DNA of 64,000 nucleotides from the NCBI RefSeq assembly GCF_006345805.1, contig NC_043006.1:16554001-16618000 (forward strand), written 5' to 3'. The DNA is from Octopus sinensis. Taxonomy: Eukaryota. Positions within the stretch are counted from its first letter, which is position 1, and the number at the start of each line of letters is the position of its first letter. A program made the position numbers and the translations under genes. This document shows positions 25,269 through 36,822 of the stretch, one piece after another. The notes below the pieces were generated by a model. It worked only from the letters and a program-made list of their open reading frames with translations, searched no databases and had not been told where the DNA came from.

Positions 25269-25926
25269 GGCATGACCATATACCATTTGGTATAGGTGTA
25301 GTCTCACTGTTAGACATCTTGAGCAAGTGTCTTTTAAAACTACATGATGATGGTGGTGAAGGTTTTACACCATATAATGCTTCTATCACCACAACTCACT
25401 TTATTAGTTACCATCTTCTGATTTATAAAAACAACTGAAATAAAAACTTCTGGATTATATTTCACAGTCTAACATCTCACCATTGCAAGTTACTGTTTAA
25501 ATGGTATGTCGAGCAGAGTCTGTTGTACTAATAACATACCATAACACTGAATGTGTTAAAAAGGTGACTCGATAATCAGTCAAGCAGTAATTGTTTTTGT
25601 CTTTTTTTTTTTTGTTTTGATTTATTTTTGTCTTTTTTTTTCTTCTCTTTTTTTTCTTTCAGAAGACACTGGTTTTACTGCCAATTATATATGATTCTGT
25701 GACTTTGTGGCATTTTGAAGCTTGTCATCACTGTGAAAGCTAAAAGTACCAAAATGACATTAGAAAGTATGGAGTAAAGCTCTAGTCTAATGACACATAC
25801 CCAAAAGGTAACACTTTTCTAATTGCTAATACTAGGTAACTAATGGCTCTAACACCAGGTTTTTCACTGCTTGCTTAGTTTAGTCTTAACCAGTCGTGGC
25901 CTTTTCTTGACTAACTACACAGAAAT

Positions 25927-26351
25927 CATCATCATTCATTATCATCGTTTAACGTCCGCTATCCATGCTAGCATGGGTTGGACAGTTCAACTGGGGTCTG
26001 GGAAGCCCGAAGGCTGCACAAGGCCAGTCAGATCTGGCAGTGTTTCTACAGCTGGATGCCCTTCCTAACGCCAACCACTCCGTGAGTGTAGTGGGTGATT
26101 TTTATGTGCCACCGACACAGGTGCCAGACGAGGCTGGCGAACGACCACGCTCAGATGGTGTTTTTCATGTGCCACCGACACAGGTGCCAGACGAGGCTGG
26201 TGAACGGCCACGCTCGGATGGTGTTTTTTACGTGCCACCGACACAGGTGCCAGACAAGGCTGGCAAACAGCCACACTCGGATGGTGTTTTTTATGTGCCA
26301 CCGACACAGGTGCCAGACGAGGCTGGCGAACGGCCACGCTCGGATGGTGTT
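25927..26351 (-). mobile_element. Family B SINE-like element with about 4 x 63-bp internal minisatellite
   Basis: gccaccgacacaggtgccagac unit starts at 26108, 26171, 26234 and 26297. Confidence 0.92.
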
Positions 26352-26356
26352 CCATT

Positions 26357-26670
26357 GATATTATCATTTTTAATAACCACTTTTCCACCCTTACATGGGT
26401 CAGACAGAATTCATCAAGGCAGATTTTCTACAGTCAGGTGCCTTTCATCTCCACCCTTCACCTCTTTCAAAATAAAGTAATATTTCCTCACTGGCCAGAT
26501 GTCATACAAGTGGGGTCCTTTGTTTGCAAAAATATCTGGCCATGGAGAAATATTACCTTACTTGGAAACAGGTGAGGGTTGGTGACATCCAGCTATAGAA
26601 AATCTGTCTCGGTGAATTCTGTCCAAACCATGCAAGTATGGAAAAGTGGACACTGAAATGATGATGATGA
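26357..26670. repeat. Head-to-head inverted pair of SINE tail segments (fold-back)
   Basis: gtaatatttc..ctggccagat is the inverted match of atctggccatggagaaatattac; pairing extends to ccacttttcca / tggaaaagtgg. Confidence 0.75.
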
Positions 26671-26932
26671 TTTTATGTGTACCAATGTAACTTGGTTCCT
26701 AAGAAACTGAAAGAGCATTAAAATGAATAAATAAATAAATATTGCACACCTAGCACTTGTTTTCTTTCTTGTGACCTCTTTGTCTATGAAAACACTGAGT
26801 TTAAATACACAAATGTATTGTTACGTTTAGTCCTACCTAAATCTTCAATTAATTAAACAAATATAAAGGACACATAAAGATGAACAAGCATAATTTCAAC
26901 AGAATATACATGGTACAACATTACTTAACAAA

Positions 26933-27090
26933 TCATCATCATCATCATTTAATGTCCGCTTTCCATGCTAGCATGGGTTGGACGATTTGACTGAGGACTG
27001 GCGAACCAGATGGCTGCACCAGGCTCCAATCTGATCTGGCAGAATTTCTACAGCTGGATGCCCTTCCTAATGCCAACCACTCCGAGAGTG
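26933..27090 (-). mobile_element. Family B SINE-like element, followed by (AAT)n abutting the exon donor
   Basis: Family signature; (AAT)n at 27092-27129. Confidence 0.85.
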
Positions 27091-27095
27091 TATAA

Positions 27096-27129
<34 letters not shown>

Positions 27130-27138
27130 GATACTTAC

Positions 27139-27284
27139 TCTTCATTTTCATCACTACTTGAAGAATCCTGTTGTCCACCTGAGAGCTTCCATTTCTTGTA
27201 ACGTTCAATCAAATCATGCAAATATGCTGTTTTCTTGGCTTTCTTAATAAATGGTGTTTTCAATAATTCTTTAGCAGTTGGCCT
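27139..27284 (-). CDS. STK24/STK26-like: GCKIII kinase exon (146 nt; end of kinase domain, basic stretch, acidic linker)
   Basis: cttcag|AGG...GA|gtaagt; RPTAKELLKTPFIKKAKKTAYLHDLIERYKKWKLSGGQQDSSSSDENE; phase 0/2. Confidence 0.95.
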
Positions 27285-28359
27285 CTGAAGTGACAGATTG
27301 TGTTAGATACATATGTGTTGACACTATTTACTTTGAACATATATTCACATATATTTTTCCTTTTATTATGGGGGACTTAAAATGAGAAATAAATTTTAAA
27401 AATAAGAAAAGAAATACAATCATAATCTGCTGATATTTTCTTTTTCTTTCTCTTTCTTAAATAATAAAGAACAATGTATTTATTTTTCTTGTGTTATTTT
27501 CCTTGCTGAGTAAGGAGTGGTTTGTTACAAATTCAGACATTTAATTGTTCACAAGTGAACTTTTCTTCTAGTATGTACCTTTCAACTACTAAGTAGGGAA
27601 GAACCTATTTCAAGCAATGTTGACTGATACAGCAGAATTATGTGCTTTGTATTAGACTAAGTAAATATACTGGCAATGTTTAATAGCTGTTGAGAAGAAT
27701 GTAGGTTGAACTACAAAACTAGGGACAGCTCTTGCAAAAAGTGGTTCTGTTGCAAAGAAGGGGAGAAAAAAAAAAATAGGGTGGAGTGAGGGCTCACAAG
27801 TGAACTGATGCATCAATGTGACATCATGAAGAGTAAACCTTGCAGATAAGGCCTACCAAAACATTCACTCTCTTCAAGCCATAAGATACTTGTGGAAAAT
27901 ACGCTTACACAGAGAAGACATTGTACATGATCAGCAAATCAAAAGAAGAATGGATGAGAAAAAAAATGTTCAATCACTAATTATAATCCATCTAATATTT
28001 TACTATTATCAAAAAGCACCAGTCATATACAAAATTAAATTTGATTACAATAAGCTTCAAATGCTTTAGTTTGTACAATTATGAATATATTTGCATTCTA
28101 CTAAAACAGATGCTTGTGGTTAAGAAAATAAATCCATGCCTCCGTTGATAAAAAGTTAGCTACATGATCATAATGAACTTGACACGTTAATCAGATATAG
28201 GTTCAATCCCCACTCTCAAGAATGATTTATATATGACAGATGGTATGGGGCACCATTGCATCAGCAAATAGAGTCTGCAACTTATTGACACCATTTCAAT
28301 GAAAGCATACTGATACTTTGTGTGAGACAAAATTTTACTCTAGTATCTTATTGCCCTAC

Positions 28360-29039
<680 letters not shown>

Positions 29040-30516
29040 AAGCTAGTGCAGGTGTGCATGTATGGCTGTGAGGTTACAAAGTTTGCTTCACATTCTTGTT
29101 GTTTAGACCCCATTTCATGGGATACAGCCTTTGGCTGACCACTGCCTTTGGCTGACCACTGCCTTGTGAGTGGAATTGACAGACACAAACTGCACAAAAG
29201 CATGTTGCATGTGTGTATGTGTATACACACACACACACACACCATGAAATAAAAGTTGTGTCAACTGGGACTTTTGAGTTTTATCTGACTGCTTATTCAT
29301 CTGAAGTCAATAAGATTCAAGGCAAATTTTACATGCTGGGGCACTGCCATTTGCTGTTATGTAGTAGAATCAGAAAAGTATTCTGTAGGAAAGCAAACTT
29401 CTTAACTACACAGCCATGTTTGCACCTATCAAGTAAAGAAAGGTCCCTGAAGAGAACCAGTGAAATAAAAAGAATAATTTACTTGGGGAATCAAGTAAGG
29501 ATAGATGACAGGAGATGAGTATTTAGCCGTAGGAAAACTGCCTTAATATCTCTTGTCTAAGTCTTTTTAGTGTGCAAAAACAGACATAAAAACAATGATA
29601 AAAATGATTAAAAGACAAGGCAAAGCTAAAACTGAACAGCAGTGCCAACCATTTGAGATTTTGGTAATTACATTATCACATTTCATAGCACACCATATTA
29701 AAATGATTGAACTATCAACAGTGCATATTTTAATCTGTTCATTTTCTTTCTTTTCTTTTTTTTTTTTTAATTCTTAAGCATTAATTTAATCTTGTTAATG
29801 GAGCCTTTAAATTGGTGATCAAATATTTTTCTTTAAAATTTTGTAATTTTAACTGGATTATTGAATTTCTTTTTTATTAAAAGACTTTAAGCGATTCATT
29901 AACTAATTTCAGTAAAAGAAAATAGTGAACAGCTTTGTTTACTGTTTAATAAACTAGGATACAGACTACAAATATTTAAATAAATTTAATATCAGAAATA
30001 AAAGTAGAGATCTCATTTGCCTATCAACTTTTATTCAAATATCTTAAATATGACAATGAAGAAGGAAAATATATTAACTTCATTTCTATTCATGGAATAG
30101 ATTTCCTTTTCACAGAAATATTTTTCTTTCTATCCCCAACTCTTAGTCCTGCAATGGGATCAACCCAGTTTTTAAACAGACATACTACAGACTGTCAGAA
30201 GTGACTGAAAGGGGGCTTCTAGTCATAAAATAATGCCTGAAAATGTCTCATTTATCCACAAGCCAGAATGGAAAATGGGTGTGAAATAAAATATTGACAA
30301 TAACGGCATTTAATCAAAATAGAAATTGTTACCAACTATCCAGGCTACTTCTGATATATGTTTAAGTATATTTCAAATAAAACAAAAATTTACAAATTAT
30401 TTTGTATATTACGTTGTTTTGTATTTTTTTCTGCAGAAAGCTAGCATTCATTTCACCATCTTGTATAAGCATCAATCAGTTTGACAGAAGTTAAATTATA
30501 ATTACTTTATATACGC

Positions 30517-30712
30517 CATCATCATCATCATCGTTTAACGTCCGTTCTCCATGCTAGCATGGGTTGGACGGTTCGACCGGGGATCTGGGAAGCCAGAGGC
30601 TGCACCAGGCTCCGGTCTTATCTGGCAATGTTTCTACAGCTGGATGCCTTTCCTAACGCCAACCACTCCGTGAGTGTAGTGGGTGCTTTTTACGTGCCAC
30701 CTGCACTGGTGC
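30517..30712 (-). mobile_element. Family B SINE-like element
   Basis: Family signature. Confidence 0.88.
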
Positions 30713-31104
30713 CTTTCTTAATATAACTATATTGGCAAAAGTATATTTCTAGTATATTAATATTCATATAAACATTTTGATTAAAAGTGTTAATTGTAAA
30801 CTTTTCATATTTAATAATATAGTTTTTGAAATTAAAAAGACTTTGCCAATTGAGTTTAAAAGTAATACAAAACGATGGGTAACATAATATTTGAAAGTTG
30901 GCAGATGTCAGGATTTTTTTATTTAAAATGTCCTCATTTTAATATGCAATTACAAATTAATCATGTTAATCTATTGTCACAAGTCTATTAGAAGTAGGTT
31001 TTAGAAGGTGACAAGATGCTTTTTAAAACCATTTTTAAGGTCCCTCTAGACTGCAATTAATGTAGTTAACATTGTTCAAAATTATGGTAGATTATCAATT
31101 GATT

Positions 31105-31315
31105 TTAAGTTTTGGCACAAGGCCAGAAGTTTTGGGGAACAGACTAAATCGGTTAAATTGATTCCAGTGCTCGACTGATACTTATTTTATCAACCTTGAA
31201 AGGATGATAGGCAGAGTCGACCTCAGCAGAATTTGAACCCAGAATGTAGAGACAGATGAAATGCTGCTAAGTATTTTTCCTGCTTTGCTAACAATTCTGC
31301 CAGCTTGCTGCTCTT
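31105..31315 (-). mobile_element. Family D SINE (diverged)
   Basis: gaaaggatgataggcagagtcgacctcagcagaatttgaacc..ctgccagcttgc. Confidence 0.8.
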
Positions 31316-31503
31316 ATGTTAGATTATTAATTAATAATAAAGTGTGAGAAGTAAGAGAGTTCCAGTGAGATGAATTCGAGGTAAAAAGGACAAGTGTTTC
31401 AATCATGTTTCCTTGGATTCTTGATCTTACCCCATTTAAAATAAAGCTGCAAGGGTAGCAACAATTGGGAGTTAGAAGAGGTAAATGCTATGAATGGGTT
31501 TAA

Positions 31504-31722
31504 CCCTTTAGTATTTAAACCGGCCATATCCGGCCAAAATAGTTAATCTGTTTTTTGTTCAAACTGACCAGATCCAGGCTCTCACACCTACCCTACAATG
31601 TTATTCTTCATCAAGTAATTACACCATCAAGATCTTGAAGATATGAGATAATGCATGATTAATTCAAATCAATGGGAATCAATAGGCATTATGTTTGATG
31701 GAATAATCTGAACACTAAAGGG
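31504..31722. mobile_element. piggyBac-type MITE with TTAA TSDs
   Basis: TTAA|CCCTTTAGT ... ACTAAAGGG|TTAA. Confidence 0.88.
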
Positions 31723-32368
31723 TTAAAGGTGAGTGGTAACTAGTTAGATGTCCAGAAAAGCAGAGATCCTTAAAAGTAGAGGATGGAAAACTAGAGTGTT
31801 GATATATGCTGTCTTCAAGATTTCATACAAAATATTTTCAAAAAAAAAAAAAATGTTTTAAAGTAGGAATTATATGAAATAGGCAAACACTACACATGAC
31901 AATACATTTAAAAAGGAAGACTTCCTTAAAAATACAATCAACACAAATTATTTGAGATTATATTTAAGAGCTAAACAACATTGTGAAGGAAAGGTATAAT
32001 ATAACAACATAAAAGAACTAAAGGAACAGGGTGTAAAAACCAAGTCTTTCTTTCAAATAATCACAACTGACTGGGAACTGTTCTATTATATTCAATGGTT
32101 TTTCATAAGAAACTTTTGCACATAAAAACTGAAATGAATGCTTTTCTTAAAAAGATAATTACAAACTCTGTATATAAAATACTTTCACATATATAAATAA
32201 CCCTACCTTAGTACATAATGGATATTAAATGTAGGTCAAAGGAAAAGTTAAAAAGCATAAGAGGTAAGGAAAAATTAAATCTAACATCTTTTAAAGCCCA
32301 GGCATAATTTTTTCTTTAAAAATTGAATATTACATATATATATGTAGTTGTGCATCTGTTGTACAAAC

Positions 32369-32526
32369 CTTTGTATCATAAGCAGATTGTTTGATGACTT
32401 CTGGGGCCATCCAAAAAGGAGTGCCAACAAAAGTATGTCTAAAATTAGTAGTATTTGTCAACTGTCCTGCTACACCGAAATCTGCAAGTTTCACATCTCC
32501 CATTTCAGATAATAATACATTCGCAG
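32369..32526 (-). CDS. STK24/STK26-like: GCKIII kinase exon (158 nt; DFG, activation loop, APE)
   Basis: ttttcag|CT GCG...AAG|gtttgt; [53 protein letters not shown]; phase 1/0; absent from ORF track. Confidence 0.97.
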
Positions 32527-32687
32527 CTGAAAGAAAAGAAAGAAAAGAAAAAGATTGAAGAAAATCTTTTTTCTGAAAGGACTAGTTTGTAATCTGTATG
32601 AAACAAGAAATTTCCATTTAATATTCTTGATAGCAGCCTACAAACTTTCTCTTCTAAAGTGATCTAAGTTACAAACGTCTATTAAAA

Positions 32688-32907
32688 CCCTTTTGTTACT
32701 GTATTTACTTTGAGATGTTTTGTGTTTCTTTCAATTACTTTAAATATTAGAAAGAATTTAGTAAAATAACTTAGTTATCATTAAGCTAGTGTTAGGAACA
32801 TAAATTGTGACTAAGGTTTGGTGGAAGATTTTAATTCAAAACTTGTGAAAACAAGACATTTGTACTCAGAGTCAGAGCCGGTTTCAGCCGGGTTGGTAAT
32901 GAAAGGG
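32688..32907. mobile_element. piggyBac-type MITE nested in an older related MITE
   Basis: CCCTTTTGTTAC ... GTAATGAAAGGG|TTAA; flanks resemble the two halves of 35757-35972. Confidence 0.8.
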
Positions 32908-33211
32908 TTAAAGTTTCATGCTAATTTTATGTTCCAAAACACCAGAAACAAAGGCAGTGTATTTCAACAGAAAATATAGAAACAAAAGGATTAAAGGATA
33001 TATGAAAATAAACCCCACTAAGTTAGCTAGAAGTAGGAAAGAGTGGCAAACATATATTGGAATATAAGAACAAATGATTTAAAGAAATAATTTAGATTCT
33101 ATTATCTTAATTCCATTTTGTAATCAATTGATCACTTTTGTTTTAATGAATTATACATCATTTTATTTAAACTTGCATAAATGGATGGTTCTGCAAATTA
33201 GGATAATTTCA

Positions 33212-33576
33212 TCTCTATATATATAAACGGCAAAATGTCTGTGTGTGTGTCCTTTATACAAATCCACAATTTTTCAGTTAGAGGGCTCGCACTTTCTATG
33301 GTCATTCAAATCCATCCAAGGGTGGTCGTGCACATCATTACATTTCCCCAGTCACCCCGCAAAGCCATTAAAAAAATCAATAGAAGTGACTATTTTGTGA
33401 ATTTTCTATCCAAAACCCAATCAAAATGCCTGAAACTTGAAATGCCAATTGAATGCCAGCTAGCTGTATGTGATTGGTCGGAGATTTGGACAGTACTTGT
33501 GTGTATGTACACACACACGCAGCTGTATATGCATGCACTAGCACTATGACCCGGCAACGCCGGGTCATAGTGCTAG
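33212..33576 (+). mobile_element. Non-autonomous Helitron
   Basis: A|TC 5' end, GC-rich 3' hairpin, CTAG|T 3' end, no TSD. Confidence 0.85.
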
Positions 33577-33958
33577 TATAAAATATTTCACTATAACAAT
33601 TGGATGACCTTTCCAAATATGCTTCAAATAAGCAGTATGATACAATTTATCTAGAAACATAAGTGTTGAATTACAAATAATAATTCTTTAAAATATGATA
33701 GATTAAGCAAGTAGAGTTAAATCTCAGACATTAACTTAGGAAATAGAGCTGGGCACAGAATCCACAACTACAAAACATTCAAAATGAATCTTGCATTTAT
33801 AACACTGTACTTCTACCAGAAAATCATCATCATATCATGTCTGTTCCCCATGCAGGTATGGGTAGAATGGTTTGACAGGATCTGACAAATTGGCAGGCAA
33901 CATCATGCTCCAGTGTCTGCTTCCATAGCAGGATATTTCCTAATATCAATAATACCGA

Positions 33959-34197
33959 TTTCTTTACTGCCCACAAGGGGCTAAACACAGAGAGGACAAA
34001 CAAGGACAGACAAAGGGATTAAGTCGATTATATCGACCCCAGTGTGTAACTGGTACTTATTTAATCGACCCTGAAAGGATGAAAGGCAAAGTCGACCTCG
34101 GCGGAATTTGAACTCAGAACGTAACGGCAGACGAAATACCACTAAGCATCTCGCCTGGCATGCTAACGATTCTGCCAACACGCCGCCTTTCAATACA
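33959..34197 (-). mobile_element. Family D SINE with 20-bp TSD, inserted in an older (GAT)n-tailed SINE (about 33826-34260)
   Basis: CCTAATATCAATAATACCGA at 33939-33958 and 34198-34217. Confidence 0.9.
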
Positions 34198-34581
34198 CCT
34201 AATATCAATAATACCGACTTCTTCACAGAGTACTGGATGTTTTTTGTGTAACACCACCAGCAAGGTTACCTTGCAAGTTGCAAGGTAACTTCAAAGGCGT
34301 GGTTCTATGAGTAATTATCAAGCATTCAATTTATTATCTCCATGTCAAAAGAACAACATTCTATTCTGATGTGAGAGAATTCACCTCAGCAATGTAGATA
34401 ATAGAATGGTTAGCTCAAATTCCAGTTAACTATCGTATTTCACTATAAAATCTCTCTCTTAAGTGGCTCTGCAGCCAGGTAAGTGCAACAGAAGTTCAAA
34501 GTGCTATTCATAATATCCAAAACCAAGCAACAAAGACAACTACATAAGCAAGGTATCCTAACCTTTTAACCAGTAGTCCTT

Positions 34582-34968
34582 TCATCATCATCATTGTTTA
34601 ACGTCCGTTTTCCATGCTAGCATGGGTTGGACGGTTCGACCGGGGTCTGGGAAGTCAGGAGGCTGCACCAGGCTCCAGTCTGATCTGGCAGTATTTCTAC
34701 AGCTGGATGCCCTTCCTAACGCCAACCACTCCGTGAGTGTAGTGGGTGGTTTTTACGTGCCACCGGAGGTTGGCAACGGCCACGATCGGTTGGTGCTTTT
34801 TACATGCCACCGACACGGAGGCCAGTCAAGGCAGCGCTGGCATCAGTCACGCATGGATGGTGCTTTTAACGTGCCACCGGCACAGGTGCCAGGGTAGGAT
34901 GGCAACAGCCACGAACGGTTGGTGCTTTTTACATGCCACCAACACGGAAGCCAGTCAAGACGGCGCTT
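34582..34968 (-). mobile_element. Family B SINE-like element with alternating internal repeat units
   Basis: Family signature, then four ggtgc/gtttt..tgccacc-bounded units of two types. Confidence 0.88.
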
Positions 34969-35398
34969 ATTAGTAAAAAAAGCATATACTTAATGACATG
35001 TTATGAAAACTATTGTTGGTTCCTGCAAGGTTTGAGTCTATAATATCCAGGCACCAAATAATTGATAAAATACCCAATCTGTTCCACTTTCAATGCCTAC
35101 ACTGTCATACCAAATGCTTCTCTAGAACTTAGTCATGTGCTGGGAGTATGCAGTCATCTGGACAGAACACTTTGCCCACTCACAACTCTTGATCTTATAG
35201 ATTTCATCTGTTAATACTGAAAGTCTTAATTTTTATCACAATTAAAAAGATTAAATAGTGGTTTGCCAAGTCTGCCAAAAATCAAAATTCATAAAGTAAA
35301 TTTAGAGTTATGTGAGACAAGTGGGATGCGGCAAATAAATCAATCAATAATAACTTGACTGATAGCAGTTAATTTATTTAGAAAAAACAGATTTAACA

Positions 35399-35735
35399 CA
35401 TCATCATCATCATCATTTAACGTCCGCTTTCCATGCTAGCATGGGTTGGACGAATTTGACTGAGGGCTGGTGAACCAGATGGCTGCACCAGGCTCCAATC
35501 TTTATCTGGCAGAGTTTCTACAGCTGGATGCCCTTCCTAATGCCAACCACTCCGAGAGTGTAGTGGGTGCTTTTTACGTGCCACCGGCACAGGCGGTACT
35601 GGCAACGACCTCGCTTGAATCTTTTTTACACGTGCCAGTGAAGCGACATTGGTAACGATCATGCTCGAATGGTGCCCTTTTACGTGCCACGGGTATGGAA
35701 GCCAGTTGGCTGCTCTGGCAACGATCATGATCGGA
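35399..35735 (-). mobile_element. Family B SINE-like element
   Basis: Family signature plus diverged internal units. Confidence 0.85.
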
Positions 35736-35756
35736 TAACAAAGAGATTTCTTTTAA

Positions 35757-35972
35757 CCCTTTTGATACTAATCAACCTGAGACTACCTTTGATTTTATGA
35801 TACGAACCTCCATCTGAAAGTGATCTAAATTAAAACCTTCCATCGAATTTCATGTTAATTTATATTCCAAACACTGGTTTAATAATGACAAAGTTTTTTT
35901 TTTTTAAATAAATTCTGCACTATTTTCAACAGTAAGGCAGTATATTTCAACAAAAATATAGGAACAAAAGTG
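35757..35972. mobile_element. piggyBac-type MITE (older)
   Basis: TTAA|CCCTTTTGATAC ... GGAACAAAAGTG|TTAA. Confidence 0.7.
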
Positions 35973-36429
35973 TTAAAATTTCTTTTCAGATTTAAAGTAC
36001 ACAAAAGTATTTTCCACTTAAAATTAAAATATGTAACAAAGAATGGTTAAGCATTGGTTAAGTTGTTAAGTCCACTTTTCAGTCATGTGGTTCCAGATTT
36101 GATATCACTGCACAGCACCATGGATTTTTTTTTTCTTTTGTAACCTCAGGCTAACCAAAAGCTTGTAAATAGATGCTGCTAGATGTAAAACTGTGAGGAA
36201 GCTTGAATACAGGATGTAGTTATCCTTTAGTATTATGATTTATTTTATAAGGTAGTAAGTGGTTAAGAGAGAAATAGTGCCTAACTAAATGACATAGTAT
36301 ATAGGTCCGCTTTACCTTTTTACGCACCAATAATCAATAATATAAATATGAGCCAAGTACTATGGGTCATTCAAATCTATTATCTTCTATTCTATTAATG
36401 CTTCTGAAAGCATTAATATAAGAGGATAG

Positions 36430-36822
36430 AGGATGTGACTGTGTAATTAAGAAGTTTGTTTCCCAACCATTTAGTTTGGGGTTGAGCCCCACTATGTGGT
36501 ACCTTGGGCAAATGTCATTCTACTATAGCTCTACGCTGATCAAAGCTTGGCAAGTGAATTTGAGAGAGGAAAACTGAAAGAAGCTAATCATATAAATACA
36601 TGCATATATGTGTGCATGAGTGTGTTAGTGTCTCCTTGTTGTGACATTGTGCAATACTTGTAAACAAATAGCACCATCCTTCAGTTCGAATCTTCTGTGA
36701 ACATATGGCAAAATATTACCTTACTTGGAAACAGGTGAAGGTTGGTGACAAGGTTGAATATCTCCCTCAAAGAAACCCGTCTGACTTATGTAGGCATGGA
36801 AAAGTTGATCCTAAAGTAATGA
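36430..36822 (+). mobile_element. Diverged SINE: family A head with alternative (GAT)n-type tail
   Basis: ctgtgtaattaagaagtttg..ccttgggcaa..aaactgaaagaagc..ccttacttggaaacaggtga. Confidence 0.7.

Noticed and set aside
26100-26351. CRISPR-like repeat/spacer look of the 60-63-bp arrays (also 17250, 34741, 43678)
   Set aside because: The apparent spacers are homologous to each other, the arrays sit inside a SINE-like repeat in a eukaryotic intron, and there are no cas genes.
25965-26480. 171-aa and overlapping repetitive ORFs
   Set aside because: By-product of a 63-bp (3n) GC-rich repeat; the 62-bp version at 43678 shifts frame.
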